DNA of 64,000 bases from Bacteroidota bacterium (lineage in GTDB: Bacteria > Bacteroidota > Bacteroidia > NS11-12g > UBA955). Location: the NCBI GenBank assembly GCA_013205405.1, contig JABMMZ010000078.1, positions 2,616 through 66,615 of the forward strand. Direction: 5' to 3'. The position numbers and the translations under genes are program-made. Below the pieces are notes generated by a model, which ran no database searches, was not told the DNA's origin, and worked only from the letters and a program-made list of their open reading frames with translations. This document shows, piece after piece, positions 19,906-29,738 of this stretch; the first letter of the stretch is position 1; every line of letters begins with the position of its first letter.

Positions 19906-20952
19906 TTAAATAATCAACATGGCATCGCCATAACATTGAAAATTATATTTCTTTTTGATAGCTTCCTTATAAGCACCCATCATAAAATCGTAATCACCGA
20001 AGGCTGCAGCCATCATTAATAATGTACTTTGTGAAGCGTGGAAATTAGTAATAAACGCATTGGCTATTGCAAATTCGTGAGGAGGGAAAATGAATTTATC
20101 TGTCCAACCGGTGCTTGAGTTTAAAGTACCAACCGAAGAAACTGAGCTTTCTAAGGCACGCATTACGCTACTCCCTACTGCTACTATTCTGCGGTTATCA
20201 ACTTTAGCACTGTTAATCAGTTTTGCGGTTTCTTCGCTAATACTATAGCTTTCTGAATCCATTTTATGTTTGGTTAAGTCTTCTACTTCTACATCTCTAA
20301 AAGCGCCCCAACCTAAATGCAATGTTAACTCTGTAAATTTAATTCCTTTAATATCTAAACGCATCATTAGCTCACGGCTAAAATGAAGACCCGCTGAAGG
20401 AGGCGCCACTGCACCTTCTACTTTGGCAAAAATAGTTTGGTAACGCTCTTCGTCTTCCTTTTTCAAAGGTCTATCAATGTATTTAGGAATAGGTGTTTCG
20501 CCTAATTTTTTTACTACTTTGTTAAATTCTTCTTTTGAACCATCAAACAAAAAACGAATGGTTCTACCTCTGCTGGTAGTATTATCTACCACTTCGGCTA
20601 CTAAATCATCATCGCCAAAATACAATTTGTTTCCTACTCTTATTTTACGCGCTGGGTCTACCAATACATCCCATAATTTTAAGTCTTCATTTAGTTCTCT
20701 TAAAAGAAAAACTTCAATTTTAGCACCTGTTTTTTCTTTGTTGCCATACATACGGGCAGGAAAAACCTTGGTATTATTCAATACAAAAACATCATCTTCA
20801 TTAAAAACTTCTAAAATATCTTTGAATTTTTTATGTTCTATTGTTTTAGCTTGTCTATCTATAATCATTAGTTTGCTTTCATCACGCTGTTTAGCGGGGT
20901 CTTGTGCAACTAGGTTTTGAGGTAATTCAAAATTAAATTTCGATAATTTCAT
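19906..20952 (-). CDS. queA: S-adenosylmethionine:tRNA ribosyltransferase-isomerase
   Basis: [28 protein letters not shown] and YGDAM motifs (several divergent; see findings). Confidence 0.92.
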   Translation of the reverse strand: MKLSKFNFELPQNLVAQDPAKQRDESKLMIIDRQAKTIEHKKFKDILEVFNEDDVFVLNNTKVFPARMYGNKEKTGAKIEVFLLRELNEDLKLWDVLVDPARKIRVGNKLYFGDDDLVAEVVDNTTSRGRTIRFLFDGSKEEFNKVVKKLGETPIPKYIDRPLKKEDEERYQTIFAKVEGAVAPPSAGLHFSRELMMRLDIKGIKFTELTLHLGWGAFRDVEVEDLTKHKMDSESYSISEETAKLINSAKVDNRRIVAVGSSVMRALESSVSSVGTLNSSTGWTDKFIFPPHEFAIANAFITNFHASQSTLLMMAAAFGDYDFMMGAYKEAIKKKYNFQCYGDAMLII

Positions 20953-21024
20953 TTAGTGTATAATTGGGGTAAAAAAGGGTGCAAAAGTAACAAATAAAAT
21001 GGATAAATGAAATATAAATTATTC

Positions 21025-22371
21025 TTACATTCGATTTATTTCGTGCACCCTATTAGCATCTAACTTTAAGAAGGTAAATAACAACATGCTAAAACTGAAC
21101 AAGGAAGAACCGCCATAGCTCATAAAGGGTAAAGGAATACCTATAACAGGCAATAAACCTAAGGCCATGCCCACATTTACAAAAAAGTGAAAGAATATAA
21201 TAGAAGCGCAACTATAGCCATAAACTCTGCTGAAAACAGTTTTTTGTCTTTCAGCTAAAAAGTATAATCTACCTATAAAAAATAAATAAGTAAGTACAAA
21301 TAATGCACTACCTAAAAAGCCATACTCCTCGCCTACTGTGCAAAATATAAAATCGGTATGTTGTTCGGGCACAAGCTTGGCTTTTGTTTGTGTGCCATTA
21401 TTAAATCCATTGCCTGTCCATCGGCCAGCGCCAATACTTATTTTGCTTTGGCGCACATTGTAGCTGTAATCTCTTTTAGATTTTTTCTCGTCTTTTTTCT
21501 TAGTATCTATTTTAAATAATGAAAATTCTGTAGCCTTATGTTTATAATATTCGCTTACATCTTGATTGAGAGTAACCAAAATACGCTGCTGTTGATGCGG
21601 TTGCAGTAGTTTGCTAAACATAAAATCGACACTAAATATGAACACACTACTCGCTACAAAAATAATGGCACACATATACAATATCTGTTTGTGCGATTTA
21701 AAAAAATAAGCCACAATGCCACATATTATTAGAATAAAACCAACCAAATACAATGAAGGAAACAAAATTGTAAATACAAAAATAGCCGCTAAATACAAGC
21801 CCAATACCAACCACCATCCTGAAAGACCTTCTCTAAATAAAACCAAAAAGAAACAAGCAAATACTAAGGCAGAGCCGGTATCATTTTGTAATAAGGTAAG
21901 TGCCATTGGTAATATGAAAATACCAAAACATATCATGATGTTTTTTTTGCCAATAAACTTAATATCAAAAGTGCCTAAAAACTTAGCTAGAGCGAGTGCT
22001 GTGGCATATTTGGCAAACTCGCTAGGTTGCAGTTTAAATGCGCCTATTTTAAACCAAGCTTGCGCTCCTGCTGTAAAACTGCCAGTAGCTAATAGGGCCA
22101 ACAACAATAATAATATAATGCCATAGATGCCATAAGCTGAAAATTGAAAAAAATTGGCATCCGTAAGTAAAATAAAAAATACAATTATGGCTGCAATACC
22201 TATCCAAATAAACTGCTTGCCATACTCCGTTTTAAAATCAAATAGGCTAGAATGCTCGGGTGTGCTATTGGCAGAATATATATTGAGTGCGCCAAAAGCC
22301 ACTAGCAATATATATATAATTACTGTTATCCAATCAATATGAATTTTTTCCTCTTCCCTTGTGTTATACAT
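21025..22371 (-). CDS. rodA: Rod shape-determining protein RodA (SEDS family)
   Basis: QPSEFAK, QNDTGSAL, PEQHTDFIF…GEEYGFLG, GIPLPFMSYGGSS; lies downstream of mrdA. Confidence 0.96.
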   Translation of the reverse strand: MYNTREEEKIHIDWITVIIYILLVAFGALNIYSANSTPEHSSLFDFKTEYGKQFIWIGIAAIIVFFILLTDANFFQFSAYGIYGIILLLLLALLATGSFTAGAQAWFKIGAFKLQPSEFAKYATALALAKFLGTFDIKFIGKKNIMICFGIFILPMALTLLQNDTGSALVFACFFLVLFREGLSGWWLVLGLYLAAIFVFTILFPSLYLVGFILIICGIVAYFFKSHKQILYMCAIIFVASSVFIFSVDFMFSKLLQPHQQQRILVTLNQDVSEYYKHKATEFSLFKIDTKKKDEKKSKRDYSYNVRQSKISIGAGRWTGNGFNNGTQTKAKLVPEQHTDFIFCTVGEEYGFLGSALFVLTYLFFIGRLYFLAERQKTVFSRVYGYSCASIIFFHFFVNVGMALGLLPVIGIPLPFMSYGGSSLFSFSMLLFTFLKLDANRVHEINRM

Positions 22372-22377
22372 ACAATA

Positions 22378-24264
22378 TTATTGTGCTTTAAGAGGAATAA
22401 TTGGTTTTAATAAAGTACTATCTACTTTTAGTAAATTATAAATAGCGGCCCCTACTAAATTTGCTTTTAACATTTTTTCAAGCATATCTGGACGTTTGGT
22501 TGGAACCACTCTGTCTAAGGCTAAATATCTTTCTATTAATAAATTGGCAATTGGGGCTGCATAGGTATTACCAAAACCACCATTTTCAACTACCACAGCT
22601 ATCGCTATTTTAGGAGTATCCTTAGGTGCAAAAGCTATAAAAATAGAGTGGTCTTCGCCATGTGGATTTTGAGCCGTTCCCGTTTTAGCACATATTTCTA
22701 TGCCCTCTATACCCTGCCTACCTGCCGTACCTCCAGGCTTACATACACGTGCCATGCCAACAATTACCGAGTCAAAATAACGAGATTCTACCATGGTTTT
22801 ATGTTTCACCTTAAACTCCTCTGGCAACCATTTATTATCTCCAATAGCTTTAACAACATGGGGTGTAATCCAATATCCTTTATTGGCAATAGTAGCAGAC
22901 AAATTACACATTTGCAAGGGTGTTAGGCCTATTTGCCCTTGACCAATACTCATAGAAATAACGTTGGCTGAACGCCAATTTTTACCAAATTCTTTTTCAA
23001 AATAAGCAGGCTTTTTTAATATTCCTGTAGACTCTTCAGGAATATCTATACCTGTTTTTACGCCTATTCCAAAACTATTTAAGTATTTACTCCACTGTAT
23101 ATAGGCATCCTGAACCGATTCATATTTAGGATTATCTAAAATACTGCGGTAAACATTACAATAATACGCATTGCAACTTTGTGCTATGCTGTTTTCTAAA
23201 TTAAGGGGCGAACCATGCGCATGGCAGCCAACAGTTAAAGAGCCTAAATGAAAACCTCTGCTACAGTAGTATCGAGTTTCGGGATGTAAAACACCTTCTT
23301 GTAAACCTATCAAAGCTTGAATCGTTTTAAAAGTAGACCCTGGAGGGTAACCCGCTTTTATAGCTCTATTAAATAAGGGCTTACGAGGATCCATTAATAA
23401 AGCTCCAAAATTTTTACTTCTGGTTTGGCCTACCAACAAGTTGGGATCATAATTTGGACTGTTCACCATTGCCAATACTTCACCTGTTTGTGGCTCAATG
23501 GCAACAATACTACCAATTTTATTAGCCAATAATTTCTCGCCAAATTCTTGTAAATCTAAATCTAACGATGAAATGATATTTTGACCTGTAGTAGGCACAC
23601 TATCAAATTTACCACCTGCCAAACTACCCTGCTGTTTGCTAAATTTATCTACTAATACTAATTTTCTACCTTTCCAACCTCTCAAGTAGGTTTCGTATCC
23701 TTTTTCTAAACCCGACATTCCTTTTATATCACCTGGTTTATAATATTTTTCGGCTTTTAATTGCTTTTCTGTTAACTCGCCCATATATCCCAATACGTGC
23801 GCAGCACCTTTAATATTATAGCGTCTATCTATTTTAGTTTCTATGAAAAATGGAGGATAATCGTATAAAATTTCTTGTAATTGAGAATAAATATTGATTG
23901 GTAAACTTTTGTAAATAATAGAGGCTACTTTTTTATTATACCTGCCGGCCTTTAGTATTCTTTGATTAAAGTCGAAGGTATCTATTTGCAATACTTTGCA
24001 AAGTCTTACTTTATCAAAGTTTTTTACTTTTTCTGGCACAGCCATTAAATCATAAACGGCATCGTTATACACCAATAATTTACCAAATCTATCTACAATA
24101 GTGCCTCTGTCAGGGTATATTGTAACCTCATTGCTACCATAAGAAAGGGCTTTGAAATAATTGGAAGTATCTACAATTTGAAGAAAGAATAAACGAACAA
24201 TAAATATTAAGCCAATTACACCTAAAGTAATTTGAAAAATATAAAGTTTATGATTCCTTTCCAT
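22378..24264 (-). CDS. mrdA: Penicillin-binding protein 2
   Basis: RGTIVDR, YPPGSTFK (SxxK), SCN (SxN) and KTGTAQ motifs. Confidence 0.96.
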   Translation of the reverse strand: MERNHKLYIFQITLGVIGLIFIVRLFFLQIVDTSNYFKALSYGSNEVTIYPDRGTIVDRFGKLLVYNDAVYDLMAVPEKVKNFDKVRLCKVLQIDTFDFNQRILKAGRYNKKVASIIYKSLPINIYSQLQEILYDYPPFFIETKIDRRYNIKGAAHVLGYMGELTEKQLKAEKYYKPGDIKGMSGLEKGYETYLRGWKGRKLVLVDKFSKQQGSLAGGKFDSVPTTGQNIISSLDLDLQEFGEKLLANKIGSIVAIEPQTGEVLAMVNSPNYDPNLLVGQTRSKNFGALLMDPRKPLFNRAIKAGYPPGSTFKTIQALIGLQEGVLHPETRYYCSRGFHLGSLTVGCHAHGSPLNLENSIAQSCNAYYCNVYRSILDNPKYESVQDAYIQWSKYLNSFGIGVKTGIDIPEESTGILKKPAYFEKEFGKNWRSANVISMSIGQGQIGLTPLQMCNLSATIANKGYWITPHVVKAIGDNKWLPEEFKVKHKTMVESRYFDSVIVGMARVCKPGGTAGRQGIEGIEICAKTGTAQNPHGEDHSIFIAFAPKDTPKIAIAVVVENGGFGNTYAAPIANLLIERYLALDRVVPTKRPDMLEKMLKANLVGAAIYNLLKVDSTLLKPIIPLKAQ

Positions 24265-24279
24265 TTCTTTAAATAAGTA

Positions 24280-24810
24280 TTAAGATTTAGAAGGTTTGAA
24301 AAGTAAATCTTCTAAAATAAGAATCAAGAAAAAAGTAACGATTGAACTTACTATTATAGCCCAAAAACCTAGGGTAAAAAAGTTCTTTCCTAAGGTGTCA
24401 ATTAATACAAATAAAAATTGATATAAAACTATAAAACCTAAGAAATATGTCCATTTCCATACTTTACTTTTTTTAGAAGTCCATATTTTTTTATCTTCAT
24501 CTCTACCAGAAATTTCATTCTCAACATCTGCTGTAAAATAAAATCTTAAAAAACCAATCAAAGTAAATATAGCTGCATTGATGCCATAGGTATTACAAAG
24601 ACTATCTAATAATAAACCAGCAAAAAAGGCAATAATTATTAACCAAATATGATTAATATTGGCTGGCAATAATAAAACAAACATAATGACTATTTGCGGC
24701 TGGAATAAAAAAGCTAAACTATTGCCAAAATTGATATTATCAAGCACTAAAATTTGTATCACAACAAGCAATAATAACAAACCTAAATGTTTAAAAATAT
24801 CTCCTATCAC
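24280..24810 (-). CDS. mreD: Rod shape-determining protein MreD
   Basis: Hydrophobic 176-aa protein between mreC and mrdA; GLLLD…GINAA. Confidence 0.85.
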   Translation of the reverse strand: MIGDIFKHLGLLLLLVVIQILVLDNINFGNSLAFLFQPQIVIMFVLLLPANINHIWLIIIAFFAGLLLDSLCNTYGINAAIFTLIGFLRFYFTADVENEISGRDEDKKIWTSKKSKVWKWTYFLGFIVLYQFLFVLIDTLGKNFFTLGFWAIIVSSIVTFFLILILEDLLFKPSKS

Positions 24811-25656
24811 TTATTTATTAAAATTTAAAATTTGTGGTGTATTTTGAAGTTCTTCGAGCTCTTTTTTAAATAAATTTTTGACAATACAAACATCGCTTAT
24901 ACTTCCAAAATCTACTGCTAATCTTACATTAATTTTATAAAAAGATTCCTTTGTTGATTTTTCAATCGTTTGAACAGTTCCAATAGGAATATTTTCTGGC
25001 AATGAATTTGAATAAGGACTGGTAACCACATGGTAACCTACCTTAATATCTTCATATTTATTTATTTTATTTAGTGTTACAAAATTAGGATCTTTACCAA
25101 GCCATTCAATAAAACCTTTGGTGTTATTCATTTCTTTTATTTTAGGCACTATCTGATTTTTGATATTTAAAACAGATAAAACAATACAATAATTATTAGA
25201 AACTTCCATAACAGTGCCAATAACACCACTAGGACAAAAAACACCCATTCCTTTTGAAATTCCTGAAGATGAGCCTCTATTTAAAGTAATAAAATTATTG
25301 GCATTGTTAATAGAATTGGTAATTACTTTGGCTGATACATATTCATAGCGTTGTTTGTAAACGGTATCATTAATTGTAAATTCTTGTTTTGGTTGAATTA
25401 AAAAATTATCTTTTAGTTGTCTTCTTAATTGAATATTTTCATTGAACAATGCTTCATTCTTTTTAAATAAACTAAAGTAATCAAACATGGCAATATTGGC
25501 TTCATGCATTTTAGCAGAAAACGCTTTGGTATTGTTAAAATAAAAAGCCGATTGATAAATATTATATCTTACAATGGCAGAAATGCAGAAAATTTCGAGG
25601 AAAATAAATAGCAAAACATGGATTTTACTTTTTAAGTACCTAAAAATAGCATTCAT
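24811..25656 (-). CDS. mreC: Rod shape-determining protein MreC
   Basis: N-terminal TM, coiled coil, AKVI.NS…NFITLNRG…GMGV…GVIG, PIG; directly follows mreB. Confidence 0.93.
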   Translation of the reverse strand: MNAIFRYLKSKIHVLLFIFLEIFCISAIVRYNIYQSAFYFNNTKAFSAKMHEANIAMFDYFSLFKKNEALFNENIQLRRQLKDNFLIQPKQEFTINDTVYKQRYEYVSAKVITNSINNANNFITLNRGSSSGISKGMGVFCPSGVIGTVMEVSNNYCIVLSVLNIKNQIVPKIKEMNNTKGFIEWLGKDPNFVTLNKINKYEDIKVGYHVVTSPYSNSLPENIPIGTVQTIEKSTKESFYKINVRLAVDFGSISDVCIVKNLFKKELEELQNTPQILNFNK

Positions 25657-25659
25657 TTA

Positions 25660-26682
25660 TTAATTAGTCATTAAAAATTTAAATTTACCTATATTTTTTA
25701 ATGCAATACCAGTTCCTCTCACGACAGCTCGCAGAGGATCTTCAGCAACGTGCACTGGTAGTTTTGTTTTAGCAGATAAACGCTTATCTAATCCACGCAA
25801 TAAAGCACCACCACCTGTTAGATGTATGCCTGTTTGATAGATATCAGCTGCCAATTCTGGAGGTGTATTTTCTAAAGCTTTAAGAATAGCTTCTTCTAAT
25901 TTTACCAAAGATTTATCTAATGCCAATGCAATTTCTGAATAAGAAACAAATACTTGTTTTGGAATACCGGTCATTAAATCTCTACCATACACCGCATAAT
26001 CTTCGGGCGGATTATCTAATTCAGTAAGTGCTGAGCCAACATTAATTTTAATTTTTTCTGCTGTACGCTCTCCACACAATAAATTGTGTTGACGTTTCAT
26101 GTATTCGCTAATGTCCATATTGAACTCATCACCTGCTGTACGTATGGATTGGTCGCATACGATACCGCCTAAAGCTATAACTGCAATTTCACTTGTTCCG
26201 CCACCAATATCAATTACCATATTTCCCATAGGCTCTGTTACATCTATACCAATACCAACAGCGGCTGCCATAGGTTCATGTATCATATAAATTTCTTTAC
26301 CTCCTGCTCTATCAGCACTATCTTTTACAGCTCTTTTTTCTACTTCAGTAATTCCACTAGGAATACAAATAACCATTCTAATTTGACTATACGATTTTCC
26401 AGATTTATTTATCTTTTTAATCATCCCGCGTATCATGTGTTCAGCAGCATGAAAATCTGCAATAACACCATCTTTTAATGGACGAATGGTTTTAATATTG
26501 TCATTTTCTTTCCCGAACATTTGCATTGCTTCATGTCCAATGGCAATAACTTTGCCTGTACTTCGCTCTATAGCTATTATAGATGGCTCATCAACAACTA
26601 CTTGATCTTTGTGTATTATCAGTGTATTTGCAGTACCTAAATCTATTGCAATTTCTTGTGTAAAAAAATTAAACCAACCCAT
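25660..26682 (-). CDS. mreB: Rod shape-determining protein MreB
   Basis: AIDLGTANT, RPLKDGVIADF, EPMAAA, DIGGGT and LTGGGALL motifs. Confidence 0.98.
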   Translation of the reverse strand: MGWFNFFTQEIAIDLGTANTLIIHKDQVVVDEPSIIAIERSTGKVIAIGHEAMQMFGKENDNIKTIRPLKDGVIADFHAAEHMIRGMIKKINKSGKSYSQIRMVICIPSGITEVEKRAVKDSADRAGGKEIYMIHEPMAAAVGIGIDVTEPMGNMVIDIGGGTSEIAVIALGGIVCDQSIRTAGDEFNMDISEYMKRQHNLLCGERTAEKIKINVGSALTELDNPPEDYAVYGRDLMTGIPKQVFVSYSEIALALDKSLVKLEEAILKALENTPPELAADIYQTGIHLTGGGALLRGLDKRLSAKTKLPVHVAEDPLRAVVRGTGIALKNIGKFKFLMTN

Positions 26683-26831
26683 TTTATATGATTAAATTAT
26701 TATATAAGTATTTAAGAACGCAAAATAACAATAAAGTTGATGATTTTTAGTCATTTGTTAAAAATAAATTAAAAATAATAAATCTATTAATTTATTGGTT
26801 AAAAATATTCTATTTTCGCCAAATTAAAAAT

Positions 26832-27449
26832 ATGGAAAAAAGAAAACCAGGACGCCCATCGACTAATGACTTAAGGCGGAACGAAATTCTAGAAAAAGCA
26901 GCCAAATGTTTTGTGCAATTTGGTTATAATAGATCTAAATTAGATGATATAGGCGAATTAATTGGTCTTAATAAAGCAGCCTTATATTATTACTTTAAAA
27001 ATAAAGAGGAAATATTTATAGAAGTTTTTAAGGCTGAAGTTCAAAGACGTTTATTTGAGCTTAGGCAAAAAAATGGAACAATTTTAGACGATAAAGCTAA
27101 AATATTACACTATTTTTATAACAGAACAGATGTTTTTATAAGTTTAATGGATATGCTTTCATTATCTAAAGACAATGTTATTGCTTTAATCACAACTTTT
27201 AATGAGAATTTTAAACCTTATATAATAAATGAAATGAATTATATTGGTACTATTTTAAATAATTTATACCCAAAATTAGATTCTAAAGTATGCCAAGATT
27301 ATGTTGAAATGCTATTTCAAGTTAATAGCTCCTTAACATTTATGGACGTTATTTCTAAAAATCTTAGAAACAATAGTGAATTATTATTAATTTTAAAAGA
27401 CAAGAAAAATATTATTTTAAACCAACTCTTAATTTCTTTTAAAGAATAA
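26832..27449 (+). CDS. TetR/AcrR family transcriptional regulator
   Basis: ILEKA..CF…GY…DDI…GLNKAALYYYFKNKEEIF helix-turn-helix. Confidence 0.92.
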   Translation: MEKRKPGRPSTNDLRRNEILEKAAKCFVQFGYNRSKLDDIGELIGLNKAALYYYFKNKEEIFIEVFKAEVQRRLFELRQKNGTILDDKAKILHYFYNRTDVFISLMDMLSLSKDNVIALITTFNENFKPYIINEMNYIGTILNNLYPKLDSKVCQDYVEMLFQVNSSLTFMDVISKNLRNNSELLLILKDKKNIILNQLLISFKE

Positions 27450-28102
27450 ATGATTTAATTTAAAACTTAAGTATTGTGCATCCATTTTATGCAATAAATG
27501 TGGCTGATTATTTAAGATTACAAACTGCTTATTTTTTATCTTTGTTGCTAAAATCATACTCTCATCTATTCTAATTATTTTATCATTACTTCTAATTAGA
27601 ATACTAATTTTACAATTTATTTTAGCTAAATTTATTTCATTTATAGAATATGTGCTAATTTAATCTAAAATATCTTGGGTTATTTTCAAACTATTTTCTA
27701 TCAATATTATATTTTCATTTTGAAGTTTATCTATAATAGCCTCCAAATTTATCGGTGTTAACTTTTTACATTCAATATCAATAATTTCAGAAGAACAATT
27801 TAGCTTTGTGGCTAATAAAATAATCTTACTAATATAATAAGGGTTTTTTTTGAGATAAATACAAGGCGACATAACCACCCAAACTGTAGCCTATTATGGT
27901 ACAATTCGTAAACTTATTCTTTAGAATATAATTCTCTACAAAAGTAGCAAGTCAATGGATAGTATATTCATCTAGTAAATCAATATTACAGTCATGTGAT
28001 GGAAAATCTAAATTATGAATTTCAGCTTTAACGTCAATTAAATCAATAATTGGTTGCCAATGTTTTTTACATCCTAAGGACCATGTAAAAAATGAGATTC
28101 AT
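27429..28102 (-). pseudogene. Degraded alpha/beta hydrolase
   Basis: Joining frames gives MNLIFLHG(A)LGCKKHWQP…HNLDFPSH…IIGYSLGGYVAL…LATKLN…QPHLL (HG oxyanion motif, GxSxG nucleophile elbow, catalytic His), interrupted by several frameshifts and stops. Confidence 0.8.
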
Positions 28103-28104
28103 TG

Positions 28105-29634
28105 TTAGTGCTTAAAGTGTCTAATTCCGGTTAGAACCATTGATTGATTATTCCCATTTGCAGCATCTATACTGTCTTGATCTTTTATGCTACCTCCTGG
28201 TTGGGCTATAGCTTTTATGCCAGCTTTATTGGCAATAGAGACACAATCTGGGAAAGGGAAAAATGCTTCTGATGCCATTACTGCGCCATTCAATTCAAAA
28301 CCAAATGTTTTAGCTTTTTTAATTGCAAATTCTAGAGCATCCACTCTACTGGTTTGCCCACAACCCATACCTAACAATTGTTTATTTTTAACTAAAGTAA
28401 TACCATTTGACTTTAAATGTTTAACGGCCTTAATAGCAAATTCTAAATCAGATATTTCTTGCGCACTAGGTTTAATGTTTGTAACTACTTTAAAGTCTTT
28501 TTCAATTTCTGAGCTCCAATCAGATTCCTGGGCTAACACCCCATTTAAAAGTGTTTTAAAAATTATTTTATTATTAAAAGAAGATTTTACTTTTAAAATA
28601 ATTCTATTTTTCTTTTGCATTAAAACATCTAAAGCATCTTGCTCATAATCTGGTGCTGATATTACCTCAAAGAACAATGAATTCATGGCATTTGCGGTGG
28701 CTAAATCTACTTTTTTATTACAAGCCAATACACCTCCAAAAGCAGAAATAGTATCGCATGCAAAAGCAGCTAAATAGGCTTCTTCTAGATTGTCTCTACT
28801 TGCTAGTCCGCATGCATTGGTATGTTTAATAAGAGCAAAAGTGGGTTCGTTAAATTCAGCTATTAATTGCAAAGATGCTTCTACATCTACTAAATTATTA
28901 TACGAAAGCTCTTTGCCATTTAATATTTCAAACACTTCATCTAAATTGCCATAAAACCATCCTTTTTGATGTGGATTTTCACCATATCTTAAAATTTTAG
29001 AATTCAATTCGCTTTGTTTGAATACTTGTAAATTTTCAGACTTATTAAAATAATTAAAAATAGCAGTGTCATAATGAGACGAGTTCATAAAGGCTTCAGC
29101 CGCAAAAAGTTTTCTATCTTCAATATCTGTAAATCCTTCTTTTGCAATTAATAAGTCAATTAATTTAGTGTATTGTTGTCTGCTAGATACAATTACAGTA
29201 TCATTATAATTTTTGGCAGTAGCTCTAATTAATGAAATACCGCCAATATCTATTTTTTCAATAATTTCAGATTCATTTGATGTGGCTTTCAAGGTTTCCT
29301 CAAATGGATATAAATCTACTATTACCAAATCAATTGTTGGTATATTATGCTCTTTAAGTTGACTTAAATCTGAAAGGTTATCTCTTCGTGCCAAAATACC
29401 GCCAAAAACAGTTGGATGAAGTGTTTTTACGCGTCCGTCTAATATCTCAGGAAAGCCAGTTAAGCTTTCTACTGCAATGGCCTTAATATTTAAATCTTGA
29501 ATAAACTTTAATGTTCCACCAGTTGAATATATTGTAACGCCTTGATTGTTCAATAACTGAACTATTTTTTCTAAATTATCTTTATAGTATACAGATATTA
29601 AAGCCGATTTTATTTTTTTTGAAGTACTTCCCAT
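28105..29634 (-). CDS. purH: Bifunctional AICAR transformylase/IMP cyclohydrolase
   Basis: STGGT, GRVKTLHP, IDIGG, LRYGENPHQ, GQTSRVD and QPGGS…RHFKH motifs. Confidence 0.98.
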   Translation of the reverse strand: MGSTSKKIKSALISVYYKDNLEKIVQLLNNQGVTIYSTGGTLKFIQDLNIKAIAVESLTGFPEILDGRVKTLHPTVFGGILARRDNLSDLSQLKEHNIPTIDLVIVDLYPFEETLKATSNESEIIEKIDIGGISLIRATAKNYNDTVIVSSRQQYTKLIDLLIAKEGFTDIEDRKLFAAEAFMNSSHYDTAIFNYFNKSENLQVFKQSELNSKILRYGENPHQKGWFYGNLDEVFEILNGKELSYNNLVDVEASLQLIAEFNEPTFALIKHTNACGLASRDNLEEAYLAAFACDTISAFGGVLACNKKVDLATANAMNSLFFEVISAPDYEQDALDVLMQKKNRIILKVKSSFNNKIIFKTLLNGVLAQESDWSSEIEKDFKVVTNIKPSAQEISDLEFAIKAVKHLKSNGITLVKNKQLLGMGCGQTSRVDALEFAIKKAKTFGFELNGAVMASEAFFPFPDCVSIANKAGIKAIAQPGGSIKDQDSIDAANGNNQSMVLTGIRHFKH

Positions 29635-29682
29635 TTGTTTTGCAAAATAACAAAACATCTGTTATATTTTTTGTACTTATTG

Positions 29683-29725
29683 TTAACAAAAAAAGGCAGC
29701 CGAATTGGCTGCCTTTTTTTGTTAA
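29683..29725 (-). terminator. Intrinsic terminator
   Basis: TTAACAAAAAAAGGCAGCC-GAATT-GGCTGCCTTTTTTTGTTAA perfect inverted repeat. Confidence 0.9.
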
Positions 29726-29738
29726 ATTTTAATTTGAA

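Noticed and set aside
26777..26796. AATAAAT-N6-ATTTATT as a TetR operator
   Set aside because: An all-A/T 7-bp inverted repeat is expected by chance in this very AT-rich spacer.
27660..27878. 72-aa ORF as an independent gene
   Set aside because: It is a fragment of the decayed alpha/beta hydrolase.
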